The position numbers and the translations under genes are program-made. Source: Tubiluchus corallicola (Eukaryota; Animalia; Priapulida). Taken from it: a stretch of 64,000 bases of DNA. Numbering within the stretch: the stretch's first letter is position 1; every line of letters begins with the position of its first letter. The stretch spans positions 124,001 to 188,000 of the forward strand of contig JAQGDQ010000392.1 of assembly GCA_030141605.1 (NCBI GenBank), in the 5' to 3' direction. This document shows positions 40,601 to 54,900 of this stretch, piece after piece. The notes under the pieces are model-generated. The model was not told where the DNA came from and searched no databases. It saw nothing but the letters and a program-made list of their open reading frames with translations.

Positions 40601-43600
40601 TTGAGTGCCGTAGTAAATTTGGTACAATTTCTCAGTGTTATTTGGCTTTGTCAAATAGAATTTGACACATTTGTTATTATCATGCCATTGACAATGTTTT
40701 CTGAAATCTGCAGGCAAAAAACGGTTAATCAAAAAGCATAGACGTCCTGTTTCAAGTCAAGTTAGCGATGACAACAGTGACAACAGCTCTGAGGAAAGCG
40801 ATGAACAAGAGTGTGACAGCAACACTGATGCCAATGCTAAATGCAACAGTAAAATGCAAAATGATGCGGACAGTGATGTCGACGGAGATGATGATGGCAG
40901 AGATGATGATGATGAGGACGCTGGCAGTGGTAGTAACGACAGTGATGATGGTACCGAAGATGACGAAGACTCCACGGGAAAGACATCAATAAACAATGCT
41001 ATGCAAAAAAGAATTAGGACTTCTGTTACTTCTTCAGGAGTAAACAACAGGGATAAATCCAGCAAAAAACATCCATCCCAATTATCAGTATCGGAAAATA
41101 GTGATGGGGAAAGTGAGGAAGAGTTTGATCCCGCTAGAGGAATTGGACAAATTGAATCAAGTACTTCAACAGACATCTCAAGTGAAGAAGATGAGAAAGA
41201 AGGTAAATCACATTTTTTTAAATTATTAAATTTCTGTAAGTTACCTTTACATGACTAATCTAAATGTCATTTAATTGTTTGACTAGAGTTACTTTAATTT
41301 AAAAATGTGAAAGCTCGCATTATACCACAAAAAGCTATTTGTGCTGCTGTTTTTTAAATTATTATGCTACTCTCTTCAAGATATTCAACTTATTATAAAT
41401 GCTGCCTTTTCCTTGATTGTTAGATAATTGATTACTTTTCTAAGCACAACCTCTGAGCTTCATTCAACAAATTGCGATCTGGAAATGTAAAAACATCAAA
41501 GCTTATTCGTATCATAACATAGTCAACTTGTGTTGTCAGACTCTCGTGTTGGAATAAGCATTGTGTACAAACTTTGGAAGATTAGGAGTTACTTTTTTAC
41601 TTTTGAATGCAGAAAGCCAAAAAAGAAAGAAAAATGTTATTACTTGCAGTACAAAGTTTGTTTTATATAATACAAATTATATAATAAAATATGTAGTGCC
41701 ACTTTTGAACAGGTAAAATTAAAATCAAGCAAATGTCCCTCCTGCAAAATTTGATCACATGGAGGCTTCCCTATCGGTGAGATTTGTGGAAAATCTAGTT
41801 TGAAAACAGGTAGAGGTTATAACTTCACTGATGTGTCAATGTGCTCATTTATCGTTTAATCGATTGTAGATGAATTTGACCACAAATGGGGTGAATTAGC
41901 CAATGATGCCCCCGAAGCTGAGGAAATCACAGCTCGTCTTGCCATTTGTAATATGGATTGGGACAGAATTAAAGCAGCAGATCTGTACGTGTTGCTCAGT
42001 AGTTTTGTACCAGTAGGTGGCGTGCTGAAATCTGTAAAGGTGAGTAATTTAGTTACATTAGTACATATGCATAAAAAAGTTAAAAACATATAAAGTAGAT
42101 GGTCGTGGTGAGACTGGTGCCTGACTCATTATCAAGGCTATTCCTCTATGATGAATTACTGAACCAGCAGTGGTGTCTTGGCCATGTTCAGATGTATGCA
42201 CATCCTCCTGCTGTGAGGTAAACAGCCAGAATCAGTATGGCGAATGAAAAGGCAGTGTTGTCCGATATCTGATATTAGATTTCATTATACTGCTCGATAT
42301 TTAGCAGAATTCTGATATTTCTCGACGTATCGAATTGACGAGATTTGCTTAAATATTGGTCGACTTTCTTCTGCTTAAGCTTTCAGTAGTTACAGTGCTT
42401 CCCAGGAAGCGGGAACTGTAGTATTATATATTGCTGATCGATATATTGAAAGTGTTAACTTCATACATCATTCATGTTCATTGTTGACCCCTGCAAAAGT
42501 AAAACTGGTTGTTTCTGGCAACTTTTTGTCTGGCAAGCTTGCGATTGATTAGTGAGAAGTTCAACTTGCTCAAGTTGCAAGATTGTAGACTAAATTTATA
42601 AGTGTCGTTTGCTTAGTTACTTTCCTTTCTAGTTACTGCCCTTACAGATAGTAATGTAGAATAGCTAGCTTAATGCTGTCTTAGTTGTTGAATCACCAAC
42701 CAGTTCATGTCCTGATGCATTAGAAACTTGAAAAAGTCTAATTATGGATAATATGCTTTTGTTGTTTTCATTTTATTATGCTGTATTTCTTAGTGTGCTA
42801 CAGGTTAGTAAGGTTTATTACAGTTATTGCAGGCCATTTTTAATTATTCATTACAAAGCAGTATTGTTACCGATTTATTACTGATTCACACAGGTATACC
42901 TGTCAGAATTCGGCAAACAAAGATTAAAAGAGGAAACACTGAGTGGTCCACCTGAGTTACTTGCCGCAAGAAAAAGTAACACAGAACGAGATTCAGATAG
43001 TGAAGGTGCAAATGAAACTGAAGGTAAGAAAAAAGACGTAAATACAAAATCCGTTCCAACATTATATAAAATTGAAACAAGATTAAAACAAACTATCATG
43101 ACTAAATATGAGAAGACTAATAAAAGAGGTCAAATAGTTTAAAGCAGCTCACTGTCCTACAATACCCTGGAAACTTATAAAATTGCCTTGAAATTTGGAT
43201 TAATGATTTGTATTGTATGAACTGCTTTGTTTGTAGGCCTACAGTATTCAATTATATTACATTGTAATGTATTGTTTTAACTGATTGCATCGTATTGTAT
43301 TGAATATTGACTGCATAAAATGATTGTGATTCTCTTTTTCTATTGTAAAACTCATCCAAGCAACTTAATCAATGATTTTATTTACATTTTATAGTTTCAT
43401 TAGTTAGTATCTTATGTCTTAATTTCGTGATTAGCTTTTGTTTGATTTCTACTACATCTACTGCTGAAACATTTGTTTAGTCTTTTCTTTTTTTCACGTG
43501 CCTTTTTAAGACGCTGTTAACAAATATCAGTTTTTGTCTGTGATAAATTACATGCATATTAATTGTTGCTTATCATACACTTAACACGTATCTACTGTAG

Positions 43601-46600
43601 AAGAATAAAGTCAAAACAGATCCTTTATTGCAGTACAGCAAGAGCATATTAGAATGACATACGATTAATTTATTATATTGCACAATGTTGCATACAATTT
43701 AATGAACAAAGTCGTCTGAATTCAGTGTGCTGGGGATTTACACATCAGAGAATGCAGTGGATTTTGGTGAAAGAAGACACCATAAGTATTTTTGTGCACT
43801 GTACAATGGTACACATGTATAAAATGTACGCTGCACAAATGTACAAAAATTGTAATGAAATGTGCTTCAGTGTACATAAATAATGGTACGAAAATTGTAC
43901 ATTTTTGTACCACTATTTATGTATACTGAAGCACATTTCGTTAATTTTAATTTATGAATTTTTATTGAGGTTTTTTAGGTCTAGTTTTCTATAATCTGTA
44001 TTAATCTCCCAAGTGTTATTGCAATACCTTTGTTAGGATTTGAGTGACCACATCATGTAATAATTCATGTGCTGTTTATTTAGACAATCGGTATAACAGA
44101 GAGCGTTTACGCGAGTATCAGTTGAACAGGCTGAAGTATTACTATGCGGTAGCTGAATGTGATTCAGCTAACACAGCTAACAAGATCTATGAAGAATGTG
44201 ATGGTATGGAATACGAATCAAGTGCATCTAAATGTGATCTTAGGTAAATCACATTGATTATAATTAATAATTGAAGTCTTTGTCATCACTGTTTAAAGTA
44301 AAATACTAGCTATAAAAGCTACTCTTTGGCTATGATAAAGGAAATGTGAATTTCATGCACAATTATACAGCTGAGGCTGAACTGCTACTTAATCATTACT
44401 ATATGTAAAACTTCAACTGTTTAGATTTAGTAAAAAATAATGTATAAATGCTGGCAATTGAGTTTACAAAATGCGCGATTTATATGAGCACTATAGGTCT
44501 GATGGAATGCATTATAGTTGCATTGTTTCCTACAGGCAGGATGGCTTCATTTAATAACGACTCAATTCTACTGCAAAATATTACCACATTTGGTGAATAA
44601 ACTATCTTTAACTTGCATTGCTTATTATTAAATTAGGTTGAAAGGATGCTAGGATCATGTCTGAGCTTGGTTGTTGACACTTTAATAGAAGGCTACGTAA
44701 AATATCTTAAGCAGTTTTAAAATACATGCTAAAAGCTTTCAATACAAACTTATATTACTTAGCATTATGCTTGAAAGACTTGCATAACTAAAAAAGATAA
44801 TTTTTAATAATTTAAAATGTTCGCGTCAACTGGTAAAACGGCACTGACTCCCCTTCCTAGTGTGCACCAATGACTCACCAAAAACGCATTTTTAATCTTA
44901 TTGACAAGACACAGTAATATAAACTTTTGCTTAGTTAGTGATGTGTGCACTACACATGCTCTGAATATTGTTTCAAACTTTACACAATGTTATATGAGCT
45001 TGTTCCAGGCGGCCCACTATCAAAATGGCTGTGTCTAGTGATAATTGCTGGAGTTTAAATTTTCATATTTTTATACTGCTAATACAAGTTCTGTGTGTAA
45101 TAAGGCAGTATGTAGACGATACAAAATTTCAAAATGAATTTTTTTAGCTTTATATAACTAAAGAGTTTACTTGCGCTTTAATTTTGCAGTTTTTGTGTTT
45201 ACCTGAGGTAATGTCTAATTGCACGTTTGTTTTGCAAACCTCAAATTATGCAGTACAGTGTATAAAGTTTACTTAAGTCTACTTAACAATTTAATATATT
45301 GAAAGCAAATTTTGCTTGTTTTGTGCATACATTTTGTATTATTTCAGATTTATACCAAACAATATGACATTCGATGAAGAACCAAAGTCGTGTTGCACTC
45401 AAGCTCCAGATCTGGTTTCATACAAGCCTTCTCAGTTTTGCACTTCTGCTCTGCAGCAATCTAAAGTATGTGTGAATATTTACCTGATAGTTTATAAACG
45501 GCAATTGATAAGAATCAAGACATCATCTTAGAAATAGTGATAGAAGATCCATCAGTTACAATCTGTCATTCTCTTATTTGTTTGTATGCTTGTTTGATTA
45601 TTGTTTGCTTGCTTGTTGTTAAAGCACAATTTACTATGAGTGCAAACATTAAACTATGATATTGGTAACATCGATGAAAGTACTGGGCATAAAAAGTGTT
45701 ATTTATTTTTCAAAGATTTTTGTTGATATGGCGTATTGCTGAAAAAATATAATCTGTCTACCAACTTCTGCAACATTATTAATAAGAAAAAATGACAATA
45801 ATTTTTTCTCAACAAGCTAAGTGCAGAGCAGCATTAAAGTAAGTTATTTTTGCAAAGGCGTTAGTAATTTACCATATAATTTCCTTTTCAAATTACCACT
45901 AGCTTCGCAAAGAGAATGGTGGTCAAGTTCAGCAATATGGCCATTCTTAATAGTTGCCTACAAAACTGTCATTGTTTGCACTCAGAATAGCAGTACTTAA
46001 TTTAGATAACTGTAAAGACTGATTGAGGTTATTTTTGTTTAGCTTAATCTTTATTCTTCCACCACCAATCGGAAAATCCTTTATAGTTTTATACATGCAT
46101 TTGTACATTTGTTCATACATTTATGCAGATTATTTTCTTTTGTTTATATACTAAACACTGTTAATTATTTTTGACATAATATTGCTTTTTTAGGAATGCG
46201 ATATAAAAAACGGTAGATATTAATCATTGTTCTTTGAAAAACTTTTACTACAATTAGACTATTACATAGTTACTATAAATGTTACTGTAACAAGAAACAT
46301 TTAAATTTTTTGTTAGTCTAAAAATGTGTCTTTTCAGGTTGAACTGACGTGGGATGAAACAGATAAAGATCGCCTTGCGGTCACTACAAAAAGTTTTAAG
46401 AAAGAAGATGTAGCTGATATGGACCTCAAGGCATATTTGGCTTCTTCAAGTGAAGACGAAGGTCTGTTTGCTTAAATTGCTTATAAACATATAAATTCAT
46501 TTAATAATGATAAAGAGAGCAGAAACTAAAAAGCAGAGAAATGCTATTTCATGCCATAAAATGGAAATAGTATGCTTGCAAAACACACATAAATGTCAGA

Positions 46601-49600
46601 GAAATGTTAGGAGAACAAACCTAGAAACGTATATGTACACTAAACAAATCTTATAAAATGTATCATTATTCAATTATCTTTGTGCTTCTAGTTTGTGTCG
46701 GCTCTATATTATTTCAGTATGATCATTTAAATATTTGTAAATATTTTCTTTTTTAGAAGGTATTACTTTCAAGTTGAAGGTAACATTTATAGCAAAAACT
46801 GTAATATTCTGTTTAATTGCAGTTTTTAGACATTTAAGTAGCTTTAGCTGTGCTTTCTTTCTCTTACTTACTAACAAATCAATATTACAGAGGACATGTA
46901 CAGAAACATTGAACCACCTGATGAAGCCTCGTTAAACAATGAGCCTGAACACTATGATGACGAAGAAGCCATTGCCAGGTACAGAGAATTATTAAAAGGA
47001 GGCGAAGATGATGATAAAGAAGCTGATGATTCAGCAATGGAAATGGAGATAACGTGGGAGCCAGGTTGGTTTTTCACTTGGTACTAAGGCAAGAGCATTT
47101 CTTTTTAATGCTGAATGAGAATGTCGAAATGGTTACATATAGAGATGATGAATAAACCGTGAATTTGTATTAGGCATGATGTATAGCTGAGTGGTCATGT
47201 TTGTGTTACACTACTGAGATTAAGAGGCACAGAAGCTGGTAAGTGAATGGATTGGTGAGTGCCGAGTTCAGTACTCCCTCTGGGCGGTTTCATTTGGCAT
47301 GCTTATTCTGGCTGTTTATCTTATAGTGGGAGGATTTACTCACTTCTGAAGGTTCAGTGTCCCATCTGAGAGCTTTAGGCCGTGACCATGAGCTAGGCTC
47401 CAGTCCCGCCATAAACAGATTAAGCATGCTGGATTCCTGCTTGGAAGTATACTGAGATGCATCAAATTTCATTACTCGAACTCTTTTGTCATTTCATTTT
47501 GTTTCGCTTTTTAGGTTTGCGTGAAAAGGCAGATCAGGTGTTACAGCAAAAAGCAAAGGAAACCGAGAAGTTGACACCTTGGGAGCAATTTTTGCAAAAG
47601 AAGAAAGAGAAAAAGCTGAAAAAGAAGTCTGAGAAGATCAAGGTACATCACACAGTGAACATGCGGCACTACTAACTTTTTAGAATACGGCGTTATTCAG
47701 TATCACATCCAGAGGTCACAGTTTTTTCAATTTTATTATTCCAGTTTTGTGCAACAATTATTGTTGTAGCTGTAAGTAGAGATAGTCACGTTTCAAATTA
47801 ACCATCACATTAGTGATGCTAAAAAAATTGACAGTTTGTCAAGCCAACTCTACCATTGTCCAAGGAGAGAATCTTTTTATCAGTTTTATAAATTAGTGGA
47901 TGACATTAATTCAAGGATTCACATTTGAACACAAAGCAGCTAGATTTACACCTATTGGTTCATGCAGAATTCAAACCAAACTTCTCGAAAACTGCACATG
48001 ATAACCGTGCTGCGATTCTTTGTTCATTATTTCTAATGTGATTTTTTTGCTGTCAATGTTATGTTATAGAAAATGTTTGTTCATATTGCATTGTTCGCAG
48101 AATAACTAAAAAGTTTTTTTGCATCTTACCATTGTGGCTTTGGAAAATATAACAACAGATTTTTTGAGAAGCCACTGAGGGAAGTGAACTGTACTCGGCT
48201 GCTAGTGACAGAGAGAACAGATTGCTTGAAAAAATGCTTACTTCAAATTTATATAATTTTGCCAGAAGTTAATTTATTATGAACTATGTTAACAAAACTT
48301 TAGACTTACAGTGCTTTTGATAGTGGGATAATTTTAAAGCTGATATTAAATGGTTGTGTGTATAAGATTATATTTGACTGGCTGTTGTTTCAGGTTGACC
48401 AAGAAACAGTTGATGAAGCACAAGCATTTAGTGACGACGAGCTTCCTTCTGATGTTGATGTAAATGAATCTTTCTTTAAAGAACAAAATAAAAGTAAGTG
48501 ATGTAGCTGATACCTAAATTTCAGTGAGTTAGATTTGAAAATGATTTTCATTTAGATGTTTCCAATATCTATTATACATGTTATGCTAATACCAGCTACT
48601 GGTTTAACAAACACCAAGTTTGTACCTTGTATTTATTTATTTGTTTATTATTTATCAGAAACAAAAATAAATATATAAAACATTGTAATGCTGTCAGTGA
48701 CTTCATTTCTGCTTGCAGCTCGCCTTTCACTTATTTCATGTTATTTCTACTACACGCAAATAATCGAAATTATAGTTACGTTTTAAACTGTCATAAACAC
48801 TTCAGAATAATTCTCGACTTTTCCATTGAAAGGAAATTTTCATGGATTTAGCATGCAAGAGTTTGAACATTTGCATTTTAAAGGTCTTTTGAAATGGCAT
48901 TCACAAGTGTTATACTAACCTGCCTTTCTTCTTATTATTTTTTGAAGCTCAGATGTCTTTGTAAACTGCTATGAGATGTAATCAAAAACTTGTCTTGTAA
49001 TTTTAGAGAAAGAAAAAAAGAAGAATAAGAAACATGCGGAACACGAGAAGACAGCGAAAGACGATACAAAACAAACTGTACGTTAAGTTTGATTGTATGT
49101 AAAAAGGACTTTGCTGTAAATCGTTTAATTAGATTGTTAGTAATTAAAAGCAGAAACATTCTTTTATTAAACTCTTAATATTTAGCTTATGAATAGTGAT
49201 TGATTTAAATGAAAATTAAACTAATGAGTGCATTGGTTCATGTTGATAACTTGCAGGAATTGGAACTGCTTATGTTGGATGAAGACGATGATAAACATCA
49301 TTTCAACTTGAAGCAAATTATTGAGCAGCAGCAGAAAGGGAAAAAGAAGAAAAAGAAAGACAAGAAAACGGAAGTTATAAAAGATGACTTTCAGGTACAA
49401 TTGCTTTTATCAGTATGTAGACGTGAAATTGCCATAAAATTGTAAATGGAAATTTCAAAAATTATAAGTGGTGCTTCATTTTGTTAAATAAGGATCTTGT
49501 GCATTTCTGTTAAGGTTAACTATATATGGTGTGTCATAGATAAAACACTGCTTACCCTAGTATTAATGGGTATCAGTGAGGGTAGTACTGTTTGTTTCAC

Positions 49601-50349
49601 AGCCCAGCACAGTGCGCTCACAGCTCAAGCAACATGGTGTTTGGCTGTTGCGTGCATGTCTGAGATAAGATGCTTTTCTTTAGGTAGAAAGAGTGCTGTG
49701 CTCACCGCTGTGTGTGTTGTATTCTTGAACTGCGACAGATTAGGCTATTCGTAAGCAAACAATATTTTTTGCTTAGGATTTTATCAAGTTTATGTATAAA
49801 TTTTTGTATGTTTGTTTGTTTAAAATTACAATTTACAACATTAAAATTGCACATGTTTGTTTCGTTTTACACAGTATTAAAACATTGGCTAAAAATTTTC
49901 TGAAGCAGCACCCCCAGTAATTTTAGCTACGAACCATCCCTGAGTGTGACCTACCATGATAATGTGAATGGAGTTCTGCTAATTAATCTATGGTACATTA
50001 ATGACCCTTCTTGGTCAATGATTTGAACGATTAATTATGGCGTTATGATACATTTATCTCTGTTGTTTTATTCTAGATTGATGTAGAGGATCCCAGATTT
50101 GCGGCTGTATTTTCATCACACCACTTCAATATAGATCCGTCAGATCCTCAGTACAAAAAAACGACAGCTATGGACAAAATCATCTCAGAAAAGCAGAAGA
50201 GGCGGTTGAAAAAAGACGAGGCTGAGCATTCCAAAGCTCCAAAATTAGACACTGATAAGAGGGAGAGGGATTCTGCCCCTCTCGAACTATCCCAACTAGT
50301 CAAATCTGTGAAATCTAAAACACAACAGCACATGCTAAAGAAAAAATGA
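37632..50349 (+). CDS. ESF1: ESF1 homolog (nucleolar pre-18S rRNA processing factor, NUC153 domain); 14 coding exons, ~843 aa
   Basis: Exons 37632-37754, 38751-39084, 40714-41202, 41870-42039, 42894-43023, 44084-44243, 45348-45465, 46338-46461, 46891-47064, 47515-47642, 48394-48493, 49007-49077, 49257-49394, 50077-50349; GT-AG, phases consistent, 2532 nt. Motifs: [103 protein letters not shown]. Confidence 0.95.
38160..38295 (-). mobile_element. Penelope-like element terminal-repeat remnant with a degenerate minimal hammerhead ribozyme core
   Basis: Minus strand: TATATAA...acca-TTGATGA-t-GAC(aggagcagcta)GTC-GAAAC-ggttggc...AATAAA. Confidence 0.45.
39234..39636. mobile_element. hAT-type MITE in an ESF1 intron, 403 bp
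   Basis: TIRs TAGGGGTGAGCA / TGCTCACCCCTA; 8-bp TSD ATGCAGAG / GTGCAGAG (7/8 match); subterminal TTCGAAT/TCGAA repeats. Confidence 0.85.
44770..45181 (+). mobile_element. Same repeat family as 4627-5061, copy 2 (ESF1 intron)
   Basis: Shares GTCAACTGGTAAAACGGCACTG, TTTGCTTAGTTAGTGA, AAAATGGCT and the ...GCTTTAA end. The left boundary is approximate. Confidence 0.65.
47213..47266 (+). repeat. 5S rRNA-derived SINE-like fragment
   Basis: ACTGAGATTAAGAGGC...TGGTAAGTGAATGGATTGGTGAGTGCC resembles the 5S internal control region. Confidence 0.4.
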
Positions 50350-51958
50350 TTTTCACTTGTATTCTGAAGAAAAAAAAATGTTTACTTGAATGCCATTTGT
50401 TGTTTGACATTGATATGTATTAAAACAAATTAAGATTTTAATTTAGCAGAGATGTGTTTGAATTGGTAATAGTTAGAGCAAACATTCCCAGAGTGCTAAA
50501 TTGTGGATTGAATAATGAACGGCAAATTACAACTGTGATTAGACAATTTAAAAATCCTATTAAACGTGGACTGCCTCACAAATCTGTCAGAAGTACTGGA
50601 ACATGAAGGTGAAACATATTTAAATTCAAATTTTTGTAAACTTAATTTAAATATGCTTGCGTTGTTCTACCTCAGTATCTTCCTGCTCATGCTGCCTCTG
50701 TATAATAACTCTGGGAGCAAATTGTTTTTGCAAAGTACTGTACAAATAGCGCTATGTGGGTTTTTACTGGTACACTTTACAATGTACAAACTATACAGTG
50801 ACGTTCTGAATAACAGGTGGGATCAAATAAAACAGATCTTAGATTCGGCAAACACTACTTTAACAAGCAAAAAAGGCACAGATAAGATAATGACCGATTT
50901 TACATTTTTGTTACCAGGTTGGACGTCATTCATGTTTTAACATATTGCTTTGTTAAAATCATTGTGCTATCTTCAACAGATTCTAAAAACTATAATTTGC
51001 AATGATACAGAAATTACAAAAAAGGATTTAATATTTTCTGCGGCTCTGTCAATTTCAGTGCCATATGTCCCCAAGTCTAGTGAATTGACTTCCTTCCACT
51101 GGTTCAACTGTGTTAATTTACTTTGATAAAATTAATTTCTACAGCGGTAAATTAATTTTTTTTCTTAATTATTTTAAAAATCTTTTAGTGCTCACGTCGT
51201 AGTTATTTTTTCTCATTTTTGTTAATTAAATTATGTTCAGTTTCTGGGATGGTATGCTGTTCTTTGCTTCAGGTTGAAGTACTGTGTGTGGGGAATTTGT
51301 TTTAGTGGCCGTTATTTCTCATTGCCTTTGCACGATTTTTTTTGTGCTGCTGTTAATTTAAAATAAACTGACAAGTATTATTTTTAAGGAGTTTACAGTT
51401 CCCCACAATACCCCCAACTCTAACTTCAACCCTCAACAGCACGAACTATTTTCTTCCGTGTGGGGATGGTAAATTTTAGCCCTATTTTTGTTTAAAACTG
51501 CATAGTAGAATGCGATGTATTACCAGTTAAATCAACGTGCAATTACTGATTTGAACTATTTAGACCATTGTGTATAGAAACCAGTGATCACTGCATGGTG
51601 TCTTCCCTAACCATAATAATGCAAGTGTATTAGATTAGAAGTATGGAATGTGGAAAAAAGTTCATCTTTGACTTCTTCCGGAAATATAGTAAATATTATA
51701 GATTGTAACTGTGTACGTAAATGTATGGTTAGACAACAGATCAAAACCAATGCATGCTAATCACTTTTTTGTTGTTAAGGGCTTTCATTGTTGTCAAGTG
51801 AGTAAAATCTTGTATTATATTGCAAAATAAAATTTACTGTATTCAGTTTTCTTCTGTAAGTTTAATTATGGTGTCATACAAACCAAATAAGAGTCTTCCA
51901 TCTGGATACTATTTAATGCATATGTATAACAACACAATCATATCAAATCAAATACAAT

Positions 51959-54900
51959 TTAAGAGTTGGAATTTGGCCCTCTCCTCTTGCCGAATGTTGC
52001 AACAACATTGACAAATCTTCTGTTGTACTGCAGTCGTCGTTTTGCTCGCCCCGTCTTCTTCTTCTTCTTTTCCCCTGCTTCAACCTGAAAGAGACGAAAA
52101 TATTCTGTCAACATAACACCAGAGCCACTTGCATTTCTGCTACTGTTATAGGGCTATTCATTTTCTGGGACAGTCTTGTCTGTTTTTGTATTTGAACTTT
52201 TTTGTGGGAATATGTCCCCAAGGCATTTCGTCATTTCCGTTAAACATTGTACCAGGTTTGGACTATCGACTATCGTACATGAACTAGAGGATATTCAACC
52301 TAATTTTTTTTAATTTGCCCCCCAAATCTAACGACATATTGCTGTTGGTATAAAAAATAATTTAATTCAGGCATTCAAAAAAGGAGGCAGAGTGGAGAAA
52401 GAGAGAACTGTGCTGCTATGCGATTTGGCATAACATGAACAAAATAATTTTGTTGTTATTGCACTTTGTTCTGGACTAGCAAACAGAATTTTTTCTCTAT
52501 CGTGTTTGGCAAAATAAGCAAAAATCATTCCTTTTTAAGACTGCAATTCTAAAGTTATTTGTTAGTTTACGACTTGCACTTTCTGATCCAGTATTGTAAC
52601 AATATGAACGAAACAATAAGCATCAGCTCTAAATATTTTAAATTGAGGCAGGGCTTGAGAACGCATCTGCAAATTGGAAATTTGCCATCTCTTTGGTAAA
52701 CATGTATAAGTCTGCATCAAACAGCTTGCAGTCTTTGTTCTATGATGTTTAAGTACAAAAATGCTGTCCCAGGTGTAACTTCTGCAAAAACGCCTTAAGT
52801 TAAAAAAAGTTTGGACGAAAAACTGAATGAGTACAGCAAGTCCTCCGTAATATCGCTCCTTTTAAGGTGTGGGCGTCTTTTAACAATGTTCCACATACAG
52901 GCAAACCAGGCACAAAGCAGTTGAAACCATGTATGAATATGCAGAAATCTTGCATATAACAATGTGACAACAGCCTGAGAAAAATCCTTGACAAGCATTG
53001 AACATACCTTTGGTGTCTGGCCTCGGACTTTACCAGCACGTGCAAGAGATCCATGCACTTTCCCTGCAAAAAACATTTTCTGGTAAATTAAGTCTACCAT
53101 TTGTCATGAGGTCAAGATAATTTACAACTACTGGAACAAGCATATACAATTCAGTGTTAAAGTGCCCAAGTGATATAAAATCAGTTCAGTTTTCAACTTA
53201 TTTTACTCAACTAAAATTAGACCTTAACAATCAAATGACTTAGATTAGATTAGATTTATTCAATCCAAATATACAATTGCACATATACAATATGATTAGA
53301 TAATGTTTGAGGAAGGGAGAAAGCCATCAGGCATGAATGCACTTACAGATTTCTATTACATTTACAAAAAGGGTTAAAATCAAATGCGAGTAGTTTAAAT
53401 GAAAAAGAACGTTAGCATTGATAACATCATTCACCTTGTTTGCAAAAGAGTATTTAAAAACATCAATACGACAATAATTTTTGTACAACTTGTAACTATG
53501 GCCTCTTGATCGAATCGAATCTAATCTAATCAAATGACTTTTTTTTGCTAATTTCTTATGACGGCATTTAGACACGTGTGAATTTGAAAATAAGCTTGTT
53601 TCACATTTTCACTTAACGCACAAGTATACAAAGTGTGAATACATATATGCTGTATAAAATCTCAAGACTCCCACGCAGCAAATCATTTACAATTATATGT
53701 TGTTCAATAGTACCTACCACCAACCATGCGAGCTGTAAGGCAGAGGGTGTTGTTCTCTTCCAGCTGACATTGCTCTAAAGAACTTTCATTCTCCAAGGGA
53801 TGCCCAGCTGCATACAAACTTTGCTTTTCAACTGGAATGCCTTCTATATCTACTAAGCGTTCCTGCAACAATATGTTAACTGGCTGAAATTAATGAAAAT
53901 TGCAATGTTATTCAAGACAAATTTCAAACACGGGTAGAATTTTAGTGTAACCACGGCTGGGCAGGCATCATTTAGCTTAAATTTAGAGAACTTGCTGCTT
54001 ATTCAGCAGCAAGTACCGTAAATTGTGTCTACATTATTCTCTGTTGTACCATGCAGTATCAGCATTATGAGGTAAAGCAGCATGTAACACATAGCTATTG
54101 CCAAATTCAGAAGTACACTGTACAGAATGTAACACAACTCTTAATTAGTCGTTAAACTGAAATTCATGTATGCCGTGAAACTTTTTTAGTTAAACTATCT
54201 AGAAGTCAAGTATTACCAGGATAAATACAGAACTGATGTTGTGAGGCTCTTCAGAGTCATTTGCTATACCATGCCCATCTGCTCTTCATAGCCGTTCATT
54301 TTAGTCAAGTCAAATTAGTTAATTAAACAGTACTAACTAATTAACAAAGAGATAACTGCACTTTTTTTGTTTAAACCTCAGACATCATAGCTAACCATTC
54401 TTCCAAATTTCAACTCAGTTTGATAAGTGATTTGAAAGAGCCCTTTGATGGATAGTGTACTGTGGAAGAAAGTGTGACGGATAGAGTGAGTGAACAAGTC
54501 ACAGGATTCTTTCTAATGACTCATCCATCAGCTCAGTTCCATGTAAAGAATAAGAAAACCTTTCACCTAGATAAGCTTAAAAAATTTGTCTTGAAAGTTT
54601 TTACCACTCACATTGCATACAGATCTTACTTTAGCAGTAATGCTGTGCAAAACTTGTAAAGTTCAACTCCCATGGTGACCATTAGGCGCAGCCATTTTAA
54701 AGGTAAGCCATATGAAACAAGTTTAGGTAACAGCATAAAGTTTGAAAGAATAATCAGAGCATTCATAGCACACACTTCACTAACTAGTCAAAATTTCAAA
54801 TTACCATATCTTGTCAATAAAATTAAAAACGGGTCTTTTGATGAGTGTGTGGTGCCCATGGTGAGTCAAAGACATTTCACCAATTGGCATAAGCATTTTA

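Noticed and set aside
40757-41176. 139-aa Ser-rich minus-strand ORF (and similar ORFs at 38882, 14594, 17491, 42878, 50148)
   Set aside because: Antisense shadows of real exons.
42140-42220. C/D snoRNA candidates in ESF1/FAU introns (42148, 47145, 54245-54293, 55361-55460)
   Set aside because: Each lacks a canonical D box, a terminal stem or adequate length, and I could not identify an rRNA-complementary guide. A snoscan or Infernal run would be needed.
46757-46779. Candidate ESF1 microexon (ttttag|AAGG...GAAG|gtaac)
   Set aside because: At 23 nt (or 20 nt via the tandem acceptor) it breaks the frame, and the flanking exons already join in phase. A poison exon or a 3-nt exon cannot be excluded without RNA data.
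50566-50940. 124-aa hydrophobic ORF downstream of ESF1
   Set aside because: Non-ATG start, no recognisable family, and composition expected from T-rich non-coding DNA.
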